Shown here: piece by piece, positions 21,966 to 32,770 of the stretch
Layout: each line of letters opens with the position of its first letter
How positions within the stretch are numbered: position 1 is the first letter of the stretch
From: an uncultured delta proteobacterium
Lineage (GTDB): Bacteria > Desulfobacterota > Binatia > UBA9968
Reading direction: 5' to 3'
Length of the DNA stretch: 64,000 bases
NCBI GenBank assembly: GCA_963840855.1
Contig: CAWJBB010000027.1
Coordinates: 96,001-160,000, forward strand
Translations under genes and position numbers: made by a program
Notes under the pieces: generated by a model
Databases searched by the model: none
Told to the model about the DNA's origin: nothing
What the model saw: the letters and a program-made list of their open reading frames with translations, nothing else

Positions 21966-22688
21966 TTACGGCTTTTCAAACCGCAGTACGAAGCGGTCGC
22001 TGCGATCGCGCAATTTGGTCACGCTGAAGTCGCGCGTGTCGTCGGCTCGGCTGAGCATCGTCCCTTCTTTATCGAGCCTAAAACCGACGCCGGTCACGTC
22101 CTTGATGACGAGATTCTTTTCGATACGGTGAAACGATTTCGCGTCTTGATCGCCGCGGCCCGCAGCCGCCGAGTGATCAACGACGCCGTACGCGCCGCCC
22201 CGCTTCAAGGCGCCGAAAATTCTCCGATTCATGGCGATGCGCGCATCGGCTGCGACCTCGTGATAGTCGAGGTGGATAAACACGAAATCCAGCGAACCAT
22301 CCTGAGGCAACGCTAGTTTATCGAGCGGCCCATCAAGCACGCGGACGTTTGCCATGCTTGGTTGTTTCGCGCGCTCATGCAGCTCCGGCCGGGCGGCCGG
22401 GTTAGCTGAATAAACCAATCCGTCCGGCCCAACCAACTGAGAAAGAATCGCGGTATAGTAGCCGCGGGCCGCGTAGATGTCGGCTACCTTGTCACCTTTC
22501 TTGACCCCATAGAATGCCATCACCTCGTTGGGCTTTCGTACCGCATCCAGGGCGCGCTCATTATCCGGCCGCGCGGTACTGGTTAAAATCGCCGCATAAT
22601 CGGGAGCGGCTTGCGTAGCCGCGCAGCCTGCCAACATCAATGCCAGCGCCGGCAGCCAACTTATCTTGGCCAAAAAACTTCTATGCAT
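21966..22688 (-). CDS. Lipoprotein, predicted class I SAM-dependent methyltransferase
   Basis: Lipobox LAGC. RKPNEVMAF, GYYT, LKRGG.YGVVDH and DRFVLRFEKP motifs. Confidence 0.78.
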   Translation of the reverse strand: MHRSFLAKISWLPALALMLAGCAATQAAPDYAAILTSTARPDNERALDAVRKPNEVMAFYGVKKGDKVADIYAARGYYTAILSQLVGPDGLVYSANPAARPELHERAKQPSMANVRVLDGPLDKLALPQDGSLDFVFIHLDYHEVAADARIAMNRRIFGALKRGGAYGVVDHSAAAGRGDQDAKSFHRIEKNLVIKDVTGVGFRLDKEGTMLSRADDTRDFSVTKLRDRSDRFVLRFEKP

Positions 22689-22831
22689 CGAAAAAGTCCT
22701 CCGGTGTATGTCGGTATCTCGAATGTAGATTTTCTAAAGGGAATTGCAAGAGTTGTTTCGTCGAGGCAGGCAGATTTCATTGTTAGAGTTCCAAAATCGT
22801 GTTGATCCGAGCCGAACGAATCGCGATCACT

Positions 22832-23608
22832 TTAAATTTGATTGCGCTGGAGAGCCGAGTTGACGTCATGTTTGAGCAGGTCCCAAATCCTTTCCGTGCA
22901 CTTCGCAAAATCCGGGTCCCTCATGCTCTTCATGTTGCGCGGCCGCGGGATGTCGACCGTCACGACTTCTTTTACCAGCGCCGGCCTGGCGCTCAAGACG
23001 GCGATGCGGTCGCAAAGCATTACCGCTTCTTCGATATTATGGGTAACGAGAACCACGGTTTTCTTGTCCCGCTCCCAGATGCGCAGCAGCTCCTCGCGCA
23101 TGAGCAGGCGCGTTTGCGCGTCGAGGTTGGCGAACGGCTCGTCCATGAGGATTACTTCGGGATCGTTGGCCAGCGCGCGCGCGATGGCGACCTTTTGCTT
23201 CATACCGCCGGAAAGCTCGTGGGGCCGGGCGCCGGCGAAGTCCAAAAGCCGCACGACTTCGAGAAAAAAGCGGCTGATGCGTTTGTATACCGAAGGTTCT
23301 TCGTTGCGAAATTCCGCTCCCAGCGGCACGTTCTCTTCCACCGTGCGCCAGGGCATCAGCGCCGAGTCCTGGAACACCATAGAGACCGGTGATTTGGTAT
23401 GTTGCTCGCCGACGAATTCGACAGTTCCGGTAGTCGCCTCGTCCAATCTGGCGATAATGTGCAACAGCGTCGTTTTGCCGCACCCCGTCGGGCCGATGAT
23501 CCCGAAGAACTCCCGGTCGCGAACCTCGAGGCTCACCCCACCGAGCGCGCGCACGCCGCGCTCGCCGGTCGTGAATTGCTTGGTTACACCGCGAACAACA
23601 ACTTTCAT
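22832..23608 (-). CDS. ABC transporter ATP-binding protein (SsuB/TauB-like)
   Basis: GPTGCGKT, LSGGMKQ, MDEPF and VTH motifs. Confidence 0.93.
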   Translation of the reverse strand: MKVVVRGVTKQFTTGERGVRALGGVSLEVRDREFFGIIGPTGCGKTTLLHIIARLDEATTGTVEFVGEQHTKSPVSMVFQDSALMPWRTVEENVPLGAEFRNEEPSVYKRISRFFLEVVRLLDFAGARPHELSGGMKQKVAIARALANDPEVILMDEPFANLDAQTRLLMREELLRIWERDKKTVVLVTHNIEEAVMLCDRIAVLSARPALVKEVVTVDIPRPRNMKSMRDPDFAKCTERIWDLLKHDVNSALQRNQI

Positions 23609-23759
23609 GTTAAAGACTTCGGAGATTTAACCGCAAAGCTTGTCCTGACGCGAAATGCGAAGGAACTTGAATCACGGAAACGTCGCATAGTATCTATTCA
23701 AGAAAGTTCCGAACCCTTCGTGTCCTTCGTGCCTTCGTGGTGAGACCGCGCCAAAGTGA

Positions 23760-24752
23760 CTAGCGCCCGCCGAAGATGTCGTGAAAAATCTTGGCGTAGC
23801 GTTCGAACTCTTCGAGCACCTCGCTGGGCGCGAAAGCGGGCTTGATGCCTTCGACGAAGCGCGCCTGCTCCGGCGGCGTGTCAATCCGGTCCGGAATTCG
23901 GTCCATGCCGCGAACCAGCTCCTGGCCCCGCTTGGACAGAACGAAATCGATAAAAAGCTTGCCCGCGTTAGGATGGGGAGCCTTGGTCGAGAGACCCACG
24001 GGATGGATGTTGGCAAACACCGGATTGAGATAAACCCAGTCTACCGGCGCGCCGGTAGGCTTCATCTGTTCAAAGTTTTGGGAATAGGCGGTGAGCACGC
24101 CTTTGAACTCGCCGGCAGCCACCAATTGCGCGAGAATCGTCCGGCCGTTGCGCAATTGAGCCTGCTTCGCCAACTCGCGCATGTAGCTGAGACCTTTCTC
24201 ATCGCCCATCGCTTTCACCATGGTGCCGAACCATTCGTAGGGCCGGCTGTCGAGGCCGATGTTACCCTTCCACTCAGGCTTTAAGAGATCGCCATAAGAT
24301 TTAGGAATATTCGCTTTCGCCACCGAGCGGGTGTTGAAGCCAAAGGCCGCGTAGTTGGTGTAGATCGAAGTCCAGGTCGCCTGAGGATCCTTGTAGCCGT
24401 CGCGGTAGAATTTTCGTTCCGGCGAATCATAGGGGGCAAGCATACCGCGTTTCTTCAGGTTGTAGCCGTAGAAGCTCGAGGTCATCATCACATCCCAGAG
24501 ATTGCGCCCCGCGCGCGCCTCCGTCAGGATGCGTTCCATCATTTGGGCGTCGGTGGCGCGATAAAACGTCGCGTCGATCTTCGGGTAAAGCTGCTTGAAG
24601 CCGTCGGTCAAGACCTTGGAATGGGTGGCGTTAAAGGAGGCGTAGAACATCATCTTGCCTTCCCCCTCGGCAAGAGTCTTCACATCCTGCGCGAAACCAC
24701 TGGACGTCATTAACAAAACCACTATTGCGGCCAGCGTTCGAATTTTCGCCAT
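23760..24752 (-). CDS. ABC transporter substrate-binding protein (Fe3+/polyamine-like family)
   Basis: Signal peptide, DLLKPEWKG and APHPNAGKLFIDFVLS. Confidence 0.82.
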   Translation of the reverse strand: MAKIRTLAAIVVLLMTSSGFAQDVKTLAEGEGKMMFYASFNATHSKVLTDGFKQLYPKIDATFYRATDAQMMERILTEARAGRNLWDVMMTSSFYGYNLKKRGMLAPYDSPERKFYRDGYKDPQATWTSIYTNYAAFGFNTRSVAKANIPKSYGDLLKPEWKGNIGLDSRPYEWFGTMVKAMGDEKGLSYMRELAKQAQLRNGRTILAQLVAAGEFKGVLTAYSQNFEQMKPTGAPVDWVYLNPVFANIHPVGLSTKAPHPNAGKLFIDFVLSKRGQELVRGMDRIPDRIDTPPEQARFVEGIKPAFAPSEVLEEFERYAKIFHDIFGGR

Positions 24753-24787
24753 CACTCCATTACTCCAGCGCTCCATTCCCCCATCCC

Positions 24788-25510
24788 CTACGGCATCTCC
24801 GCCAACAACCGACCGTATCCCATGACCGGTTCATTCAAGTGAAGAATTTTCTTGGTCGCCCAGACTTGCGCCGGAATGCTCGACACGACGGTGGTCTTCA
24901 GATCCTTTTCGAGCATTTCGATCACCGGCAGGTTATGCCAACCCGCGCCGAGCATATAGATACCATCCACCGGGCCATGCTCGAGATAAATTTTCTTGGC
25001 GAAATTGTAAATCGCCTCGGGCGCGAGTTTGCCGGCGTCTTTGAAAGGAACTTCGATACCTTTCATGGCTTTGATTCGAAAGCCGTCGTCTTCGAGAAAC
25101 TTGGCGAACCGTTGATTCATGTCATCCTGAAAATAGGTTATGCCCACCAAACTTTTCAATCCCAAGGCGCGAAAGGCATCCACCTGCGCAATCGTCGCCA
25201 CGGTTACGGGAATTTTGTATTTCGTCGTGAGGGAATCGGCGATCTCGCGGTCGGCGCCGTGGCCGCGCACCATGGTTGGCGGCGCGCCCATGATCATCAC
25301 GACATCGACGCCCAGCTCCGCCAAACGCGCGACTTTTCTTTCGGCCACGGACAAGGCCTCTTGCAGCTCTTTCTCGTTTCCGGCACGGATGCCGGCATGA
25401 GCGGGAATAAACCCCACCCCCTCGGGCATCAGCTTGATAAAACTCTCCATGGAGCCAGGCCGATAGGTTGGCTTGACTAGACCGACGATTCCCCGCGCGC
25501 CATAGTACAT
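24788..25510 (-). CDS. Maleate cis-trans isomerase / arylmalonate decarboxylase family protein
   Basis: YGARGIVGLV...P, DGIYMLG and IEMLEKDLKTTVVSS pattern. Confidence 0.75.
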   Translation of the reverse strand: MYYGARGIVGLVKPTYRPGSMESFIKLMPEGVGFIPAHAGIRAGNEKELQEALSVAERKVARLAELGVDVVMIMGAPPTMVRGHGADREIADSLTTKYKIPVTVATIAQVDAFRALGLKSLVGITYFQDDMNQRFAKFLEDDGFRIKAMKGIEVPFKDAGKLAPEAIYNFAKKIYLEHGPVDGIYMLGAGWHNLPVIEMLEKDLKTTVVSSIPAQVWATKKILHLNEPVMGYGRLLAEMP

Positions 25511-25648
25511 AATCGGGCTTCTCCTCTAACTTCCGATCCGCGTATTGGTATCGATCAGCACCGGACGCGCATCACCAGGTCACGGGTCCGGCGTCTCGCG
25601 TCTAGGGTTGACTCCAAACCCCGGACTCAAGACTCTGGACCGCGGCAG

Positions 25649-27364
25649 CTACGCCGCCGCTTGTAACGGCGCGTCGCTGCCGTTACCCAGCACCCTGCCC
25701 GGCAGAGCGCCGGTGTGGGCATCTTTTTCCACCAAGACTTGGCCGTTGACGATGGTCATTTCGATACCGACTGCTTTCTGGATAAAGCGCTTCTCGTTCG
25801 CCGGCAAGTCTTGAACCATTTCCGGTTCACATTCGCGGATGGTCGCCGGATCGAAGACAACCAAATCGGCCGCCATCCCCGCGCGTAGGAGACCACGACC
25901 GCGCAGGCCAAAGATCGAAGCCACCATGAAGGTCAGCTTGCGCACGCCTTCTTCGAGGCTCATGATTTTCTTCTCCCTTACCCAATAACCAAGCAGGCGC
26001 GTCGCGTAGCCAAAGCCCGCGTCGTAGATCAAATGCGCGCCGGCATCGGACTGACCGACCAGCACGTACGGACTACGAATGATCTCCGCCACGGCCGCCT
26101 CATCGCCATTGGTGCTGGAAGTTTGGAACTCAGTGTCCAAATCTTCTTCCAATGAGAGATCGAGGAAGGCGTCGATGACGTCCTGGCCGCGCAGCTTTGC
26201 GATCTCCGCCACGCTTTTCTTTTCCAGCTGTTTGTTCGCCGGGGTCGCCGCATGGATCAAGTAGACCAAATCCCAGCGCCGCGAGAAGCGCGACGACTTC
26301 TTATCTTCCACTGCTTCATAGCGCATCTTCTTGCGCGTCTCCGGGTCGCGGATCGCTTTGATACGCTCTTCGAGGGGCAAAAATAGAATCGCCTTCCAAG
26401 TCGGCAGGTCGTCGAACACCTGAGCGTTTTTCATGGTCAGTCGGTTGTTGAACAGCCGCGCGTTGCAAAGCGGATAGGACTGGACGCCACGGTCCAGAGA
26501 CTCTTTCGCCAAGTCCAACAGCTGGCGCCATTCATTGGGCTTGTCCCAGCGCTGCGCGATGCTCTGCCAGATCACCGGCCGGCCCGACCGGCTCGAAATC
26601 TCGTCGAACAACCGGACGCTCTCGCGCATCGGCACCGACACGCCGAGCGACCCTCGCGAAATTTGCACCGCGCCTTGATTGATCTCGCCCAGCGCGCAAG
26701 CTAGCTCGATAATCTCTTCGTCGGTGGCAAAGCGACTCTGAATCGGCGTCCCATCGGCATACATATGAACGGGATTTTGATTGGTCGAGAAGCCAATGGC
26801 GCCCGCGCGCACGCCGGCTTTGAGCACTTCTTTCATCTGGTGAATTTCCGCCGGCGTCGCCGCGCGCTCGATAGCGGCGTCCCCCATAACGAATTGGCGT
26901 AACGCGCAATGGCCCATCAGCGCCGCGACATTGACGCCGAGGTTGCCGCGCAGTTTGTCTAAATATTGCGGGAATGTCGTCCAGCCAAACTTTACTCCGG
27001 CTTTCAGTGCCGGCAACGAAATCGCCTCGACTCTTTCGAAACTCTTGAGAATCGTTTCCTGATCCTGTTCTTTGCACGGCGCCAAAGCCAACGCGCAGTT
27101 GCCGGGAATGACCGTGGTCACGCCGTGATAGCAAGAAGAGGTGGCCAGCGGGTCCCAGAGCAGTTGCGCGTCAAGATGAGTGTGAAAGTCGATAAAGCCC
27201 GGCGACACCGCCAGGCCGTCGGCGTTGATCACCCGTTTTGCGCTGCCGTTAATTCTTCCGGTTTCCACGACGCGACCGTCTTGGACCGCCACGTCGCCTA
27301 GATATGAAGGCAAGCCGCTGCCGTCATAGATTCGTCCGCCTTTGATCAACACATCGTAAGCCAT
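25649..27364 (-). CDS. N-acyl-D-amino acid deacylase family amidohydrolase
   Basis: IKGGRIYDGSG, PGFIDFHTHLD, GNC, SDAGAH and ADLVVFDP motifs. Confidence 0.9.
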   Translation of the reverse strand: MAYDVLIKGGRIYDGSGLPSYLGDVAVQDGRVVETGRINGSAKRVINADGLAVSPGFIDFHTHLDAQLLWDPLATSSCYHGVTTVIPGNCALALAPCKEQDQETILKSFERVEAISLPALKAGVKFGWTTFPQYLDKLRGNLGVNVAALMGHCALRQFVMGDAAIERAATPAEIHQMKEVLKAGVRAGAIGFSTNQNPVHMYADGTPIQSRFATDEEIIELACALGEINQGAVQISRGSLGVSVPMRESVRLFDEISSRSGRPVIWQSIAQRWDKPNEWRQLLDLAKESLDRGVQSYPLCNARLFNNRLTMKNAQVFDDLPTWKAILFLPLEERIKAIRDPETRKKMRYEAVEDKKSSRFSRRWDLVYLIHAATPANKQLEKKSVAEIAKLRGQDVIDAFLDLSLEEDLDTEFQTSSTNGDEAAVAEIIRSPYVLVGQSDAGAHLIYDAGFGYATRLLGYWVREKKIMSLEEGVRKLTFMVASIFGLRGRGLLRAGMAADLVVFDPATIRECEPEMVQDLPANEKRFIQKAVGIEMTIVNGQVLVEKDAHTGALPGRVLGNGSDAPLQAAA

Positions 27365-27434
27365 GGTCTTTCCCTCCGGGTAATTTCCATTTCCAGATCA
27401 ATACACCCTTTTGGCCACTGGCGGCAAATGGGTA

Positions 27435-27925
27435 CTACTTCGTCGCGAAGATCTCCTTGAGTTTGGCGCGCAGAGATGGGCTAAGCTTGAACAGACCTGC
27501 CACGGTTTTCTCCAGCTCTTCGGCGCTCACGGGCTCGATGTCCAGCTTCGACTTCGCCGCGTCGGCGAGCAGCTCCGGATCTTTCATAGTGTCCACGAAA
27601 GCTTTGCGGAGAATCCGCACCCGGTCCCTGGGCGTGCCGGGAGGCGCGACGTAGGGACGGTAGTAATCCGACGGATCCTGGATGCCGACCTCGATCAACT
27701 GGCGCGCCTCATCTGATTTTGCATAGCTAATGGCTAGCGGCACGTTGGGCAACTCCGGATGCGGCTTGTTGAGAATCTGGAGCACGACGATGGCGTCACC
27801 CGGCCGAATCGCCCCGCCCCACGTCGCTCTGATCGAATCCCAGGTCCAACAACCGCCGGCGATCTCTCCGCTATCCGCGGCCAACCGGATCTCGGCCGTG
27901 CCCTTGTAGCCGGAGACGACTTGTA
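27435..27925 (-). pseudogene. C-terminal fragment of a TctC/Bug tripartite tricarboxylate receptor
   Basis: VSGYKGTAEIRLA and PPGTPRDRVRILRKAF...KDPEL. N-terminal half absent. Confidence 0.72.
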
Positions 27926-28097
27926 TGATGATTCGCCGGCCCTGCGCCGAGCGCCGAACGCTTGCGCGCCCGGGCAAAATTCAGTTAAAAGTTTCAGGTT
28001 CACGACTAGGATATAACACAATACTCTATGGTAGAGTATTCATGCAGTTGACGCCTAACGTCAATTTGGTCGGTCCATCCGATGCCGGAGGTGTTCA

Positions 28098-28463
28098 ATG
28101 GCCCAACGAGTCTTGGTGGTTGAGGATAACGATGATTGGCGAGCGATAATGGCTCTAATCTTCGCCCGTCTGGGCTACACTGTCCTCCAGGCGGCAGACG
28201 GTAGTGATGCAGTCGAAAAGGCGGTGAGCGAGCATCCCCACCTCATTATTATGGATTACCGGATGCCGAAGATGAACGGTCTCGAGGCCACAACGGCGCT
28301 CAAGGGAAATCCCGTCACCAAAGACATACCAGTTGTTATCTGTACGGCGGTTGGACCTGAGGTATATAAGAATACTGAGCTGGTAAAATATGCCGACGAG
28401 ATCCTTCAAAAACCCGTAAAGTTGCAAGTATTTCAGGCCATAGCGCAAAAATACCTGCAGTGA
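28098..28463 (+). CDS. Single-domain response regulator (CheY-like)
   Basis: VLVVEDN, IMDYRMPKMNG, CTA and KP motifs. Confidence 0.9.
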   Translation: MAQRVLVVEDNDDWRAIMALIFARLGYTVLQAADGSDAVEKAVSEHPHLIIMDYRMPKMNGLEATTALKGNPVTKDIPVVICTAVGPEVYKNTELVKYADEILQKPVKLQVFQAIAQKYLQ

Positions 28464-28535
28464 GCAGAAATATCTGCGGCTATCAACGGGAACATAGATA
28501 ATGCCGGCTAACCAGGCCGCCCAGCATACGCGGGG

Positions 28536-29609
28536 CTAAGCCGCGGCGACTAGATTCCTATAATGTCCCGCTTTCGAAATCGGCGCCAACCCGGTGAGAA
28601 TTGTCTTCCAGCTATCACCGAGATCTTCGCTAGAGAAAATTTCTCCCGCAGTCGTCGCGGCGAAAATCGCCGTCGCGTTCCCCGCTTCTTCGAGGCAAAA
28701 AGCTTCGATGCTGGCTTGCAGCCGGTCCGGCAAGCCGTTTTTCAGAATCTCCCAACTGCGCCCGCCGTCCTTGCTGCGCGAGATGCGCGTGCCGGCGAAG
28801 TGCGTCGTGCGCCAGGTGCCGGGAGCGTCGTGCGCCGCGGTCATAAACATGAGCTTGGGATCCGATGGGCGGTATACGAAACCATCCGGGTAACCGCCGA
28901 TTTCATTTTCGCGTCCTGTCCATTGTTCCCACTTGGCGCCGCCTTCAGGACCGACGTAAAGCCCTCTGCCGGTAACCGCATACAAGAATTTGGGCCCGGT
29001 GGGATGAATCATCAAGCGGTGAACATCTTCGTACAGGCTCGGGAACTCTACCCAATGCTCCCCGCCGTCCGTGCTTTTCAAAAGCCCGCCGACCTCCACC
29101 GCCGCGTATATCGTCATCGGATCATCCGGATCGAAGTTGATATGTTTGACGTGGCCGATGTGCGGTGGGGCGGGAAAGCTCCACTTGGGCACACTGGGTA
29201 CTGAACGCAGGGACGGAATTTCGTTCCAGTTAAGACCGAGATCGTCGCTCACAAACAGGTGCGCCGGCTCGGTGCCCGCAAACACCCGGACCCGCCCATT
29301 GATACGCCGCGCCGCCAAAGAGTAGACATCGTTCTGCGTTAATCCATTCCCTCTCGGCTCCCACGTTCTACCGTCGTCGGCGCTGACGTGGATTCCGCCG
29401 TGAAAAGCGCCGGCGAACGTCAAGCCGCTTTCAGGCTCTTTGATAATCGCGCTGATATGCTTGTCGGTGATCGCGCGGTGCGCAACTCGCCACGCCGAGC
29501 CGTCCCGCGCGATGATTGCGACGCCTTCGCGCGTTCCGACTAAGACTTCTTTTGAAAGGTACGGGGAGGAGTAAATCGTCGTGCCGCCGTGGGATAATCC
29601 AATCGCCAT
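28536..29609 (-). CDS. BNR/Asp-box beta-propeller protein
   Basis: Repeated SxDxGxxW boxes (SADDGRTW, SDDLGLNW, STDGGEHW, SKDGGRSW). Confidence 0.85.
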   Translation of the reverse strand: MAIGLSHGGTTIYSSPYLSKEVLVGTREGVAIIARDGSAWRVAHRAITDKHISAIIKEPESGLTFAGAFHGGIHVSADDGRTWEPRGNGLTQNDVYSLAARRINGRVRVFAGTEPAHLFVSDDLGLNWNEIPSLRSVPSVPKWSFPAPPHIGHVKHINFDPDDPMTIYAAVEVGGLLKSTDGGEHWVEFPSLYEDVHRLMIHPTGPKFLYAVTGRGLYVGPEGGAKWEQWTGRENEIGGYPDGFVYRPSDPKLMFMTAAHDAPGTWRTTHFAGTRISRSKDGGRSWEILKNGLPDRLQASIEAFCLEEAGNATAIFAATTAGEIFSSEDLGDSWKTILTGLAPISKAGHYRNLVAAA

Positions 29610-29684
29610 TGTCTGGTCCTCCTTATATGCAATTTAGTAACTAGCGAATTCGCTGCGAACGCTTCTCATTTCACTTTTTGCCTG

Positions 29685-29831
29685 TCAACCTGAATTGAAT
29701 GGGCTGAACGGGGCTGGGGCTGATCCCATGCCAATGCGGAGCGTAAGTTCGCTGGATTTTGACTCCCCGGCGGCGGCGAGATCGAATGAACACGATAGCA
29801 AGGCAGCGGCAATTACGAGTGCTCGCGCCAT
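29685..29831 (-). pseudogene. 5' remnant of a substrate-binding protein gene
   Basis: MARALVIAAALLSCS...LTLRIG signal-peptide-like start, truncated after ~48 codons. Confidence 0.35.
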
Positions 29832-29943
29832 CGTTCGCCGCCGTGCCGGCCAGCGCGCTACACTCGTTACGGCTCCAACGGGGTGCCGAAAAACCCTAAG
29901 TAGACCCTTCGTGAACGTCAGAGTCTGTGCTGAGCCATCGACG

Positions 29944-30264
29944 CTATTTTCCGGGGCGCGCCTCGGCATAGCGCAACACCTTACCGCCCTTGGGCGCCCG
30001 GGTCGGACCATAGGGCGTGTCTTTTTCGATATAGATGCACGAGCCGGCGTTGTAGACAGTGCCGCCGATTTCAATCTCCCCTTCAAGCACATAGAACATC
30101 TCATGGAAAGGATGGCTATGCACCGGTATATCCGTATCCGGTCCCCAGTGACGGATCATCATTTCCGGACTTGCTCCGTGCTTGCCCACATGCAGCCACT
30201 TGGTATATCCACGACCGCTCTTGGCCATCTCGACGTCGTTTTCGTTCACTACATGAATCGCCAT
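29944..30264 (-). CDS. Cupin domain protein
   Basis: PVHSHPFHEMFYVLEGEI and GSCIYI...YGP. Confidence 0.85.
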   Translation of the reverse strand: MAIHVVNENDVEMAKSGRGYTKWLHVGKHGASPEMMIRHWGPDTDIPVHSHPFHEMFYVLEGEIEIGGTVYNAGSCIYIEKDTPYGPTRAPKGGKVLRYAEARPGK

Positions 30265-30286
30265 AAAACCTCCAAGTTAAGATTTC

Positions 30287-31510
30287 TTATCCCACCGCCG
30301 CGCTGGCAGCCAAATTGAATTCGCTCTCGGGCACCCACTTCTCATAAGCGGGGATCAAGATGATCTTGTTCTTCTCCGCGTCCCTGACAACACACTTGGG
30401 ATCTTCGCCGCGTCTGACTTTTTCAATTTCGCTCAGATACATCTTGCGCAGCTTGATGATCCCTTCATCAATGCGCGGGCCGAGATTCTCGTTCTCCCGA
30501 TCCGCAATCGCCGGCATGCTGTCCACCACCATGCCATCTTCGATGAAGTGGAGCGGCGGGACCGGGTAACCAAGCTCAGGATCGTCGGAAGTCCGATACT
30601 CTTTGTAGGGCTCGATGAAATTCGGTTCGGGTTTCCAACGTTTGCTGAACGGATCGCCATCGTACTTGCCGGGGTTGTCCGCCGGCTTGAAGCGCACGCG
30701 CATAAGCAGCGTATGCGTGTCATCGATGGGCACGCTCCAACGCGCCGCGGACACCGGCGTGCCGCCCTTGCCTCCCGCGAGATATCTGCCACCGCTGCCG
30801 CCGCAGCTCACGCCCGGCATCAGCAGATGGTGTTCGCGATAGTTCAACATCCCGGGTTCTTTGGTCTTGCGATAGGCTTTATAGACCAGTCCCCATTCGG
30901 TTTCGTGAAAGCCTAAATCTGGCTCCGTGCTCATGATGTCCGGCCACGCCCCGCCATGCGTAAAACTCGGATGCACCGGGTCCATGCCGTTCTCAACGCA
31001 CTGCAGCCAATTGCAGTTCTGAAATCCTTGAATCGTGATGTAGGCCTCGCCGTCCCCGACGAGAAAGTTGTAGCGCGGCACCAAAGGGGCGGGCTGCGGT
31101 CCAAAGTAGGCGAAGATTAAACCGCCGAGTTCTTCGATCGGATACGACGGCAAGCGAATCGATTCTTTTTTCAACTCGCTATCGGGAAATTCGCCGGGCA
31201 TCTGCACACACTTGCCTTCGGTGTCGTAAAGCCAGCCGTGATAGCGGCAGCGCACCCCGTCGCGCTCGATGTCGCCGATGCAAAGATTAGCGCGCCGATG
31301 GGCGCAATAGGCGCCGATGAGCCCGACTTTCCCTTTGCCGTCGCGGAATAGCACCAGGTCTTCGCCCAAGACACGAACAAAAGTCGGCTTCATCTTGAGA
31401 TGCGCCGAGATCCCGATGGGCCACCAGTAGCGGCGGAGAAACTCGCCCATCGGCGTGCCGCGCCCGGTTCTCGTTAGAATTTCATTTTCTTCCCGGCTGG
31501 TTCTATACAT
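30287..31510 (-). CDS. Rieske non-heme iron oxygenase alpha subunit (phthalate 4,5-dioxygenase-like)
   Basis: CAHRRA...CRYHGW Rieske motif and ENGMDPVHPSFTH iron site. Confidence 0.9.
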   Translation of the reverse strand: MYRTSREENEILTRTGRGTPMGEFLRRYWWPIGISAHLKMKPTFVRVLGEDLVLFRDGKGKVGLIGAYCAHRRANLCIGDIERDGVRCRYHGWLYDTEGKCVQMPGEFPDSELKKESIRLPSYPIEELGGLIFAYFGPQPAPLVPRYNFLVGDGEAYITIQGFQNCNWLQCVENGMDPVHPSFTHGGAWPDIMSTEPDLGFHETEWGLVYKAYRKTKEPGMLNYREHHLLMPGVSCGGSGGRYLAGGKGGTPVSAARWSVPIDDTHTLLMRVRFKPADNPGKYDGDPFSKRWKPEPNFIEPYKEYRTSDDPELGYPVPPLHFIEDGMVVDSMPAIADRENENLGPRIDEGIIKLRKMYLSEIEKVRRGEDPKCVVRDAEKNKIILIPAYEKWVPESEFNLAASAAVG

Positions 31511-31528
31511 GCAAATACCTCGAATTAT

Positions 31529-31676
31529 TTAACCACAAGGAGAGAAGAAAAAAAATTCACCACGAAGGCACGAAGTTCACGAAGTTTAAGAATATAAAAC
31601 ATCCGAACCCTTCGTGTCCTTCGTGCCTTCGTGGTGGGTCCCCATTTTTGCGCCCTTTGTTCTCTTTGTGGTTAAA
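31529..31676. repeat. Nested inverted-repeat element with 9-nt periodic CACGAAG arms; right arm also at 23709-23743
   Basis: Outer TTAACCACAA...TTGTGGTTAA, inner CACCACGAAGGCACGAAG...CTTCGTGTCCTTCGTGCCTTCGTGGTG. Confidence 0.7.
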
Positions 31677-31684
31677 TTCTTGTC

Positions 31685-32740
31685 TTAATGCGCCAAGATT
31701 TTTTTCATCCCTTCGATCACCTCGGGCGGTTGGACGACGACTCTCTTTGCGATCGCTTCCAGTTCTTGGCCACTGACGGGTTCGAGTTCCCAGTTGCGTT
31801 TCTGCGCTTCGATTACGAATTCGGGATCGGCCAGCGCTTTCATGAAACCATCGCGCAACGTCGCAACCCGGTCCGGCGCCATGCCTGGCGGCGCGATTAA
31901 TGGCCGGCCGATGGCATCGGGCGCCATGAGCACCGTCGCCAAACGGCGCGTTATTTCCGTGGCTTGGCGCTTTTCTAGAATTTCATTGACGGTGGGCACC
32001 TCCGGCAAACGCGGGTCGCGCTTGGGGCTGCCGTGCACGAGCACCCGCGAAAAGCCGCTCTTGGCCCAACCGCGTGTGGGCTCGCTGCCGAAGTAACCTT
32101 CCAGGCTGCCGGCTCGGCAATGCACTTCGTTTTTCTGCATCGCCAGGTCGATTTCCGCCGCGCCGGGATAACCGGTCACGATACTGAATTTCACGCCAGC
32201 TACGGCTTCGATCAAACGCGGGAAATAATGGCCAACGGTGCCGAGCGCCGTGGCGCCGCAGCGCGGCGCTTCGGCGCTATTACGGATGTCTTCCAGGGTT
32301 CGATAGGGCGTATCCGCTCGACCGTATATGATCCGTACGGTCCGCTCCGGCGAGCCGAGCCAGGTAAATTTCGCCCAGTCGAACTGGACTTCTCTCATTT
32401 CCGTGAGCTGGTTGAAGTAAAGTCCCGGCGTGACAAAGCCGATCGCCAGTCCGTCAGGCTTGGCGACGCTGTAGATATAATTCGCCGCCGTCATCGAACC
32501 TGCGCCGGGCATATTTTGCAGGATGATGTTCGGCCTGCCCGGTAGGGTCTGGCTCATCGCTCGCGCCAGCGCGCGGCCCCAAAGATCGCTGATGCCGCCC
32601 GGCGAAAAGCCCAGGACGAGCTTGATCGTTTTGTTTTCGAAGAAGTTGGACTGAGCGAGCGCGGGTGAAACCGACGCGAAAAAAAATAATAAAAGAGGTT
32701 GAATTCGCCGCAACGCTCGCTTTCCCATAAGTAATAACAA
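31685..32740 (-). CDS. TctC/Bug tripartite tricarboxylate transporter receptor
   Basis: GFSPGGISD, QNMPGAGS...KPDG, GYPG and PEVPT motifs. Confidence 0.9.
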   Translation of the reverse strand: MLLLMGKRALRRIQPLLLFFFASVSPALAQSNFFENKTIKLVLGFSPGGISDLWGRALARAMSQTLPGRPNIILQNMPGAGSMTAANYIYSVAKPDGLAIGFVTPGLYFNQLTEMREVQFDWAKFTWLGSPERTVRIIYGRADTPYRTLEDIRNSAEAPRCGATALGTVGHYFPRLIEAVAGVKFSIVTGYPGAAEIDLAMQKNEVHCRAGSLEGYFGSEPTRGWAKSGFSRVLVHGSPKRDPRLPEVPTVNEILEKRQATEITRRLATVLMAPDAIGRPLIAPPGMAPDRVATLRDGFMKALADPEFVIEAQKRNWELEPVSGQELEAIAKRVVVQPPEVIEGMKKILAH

Positions 32741-32770
32741 TGCCGCAGGATCAAATCTATTGCCGGTTGC

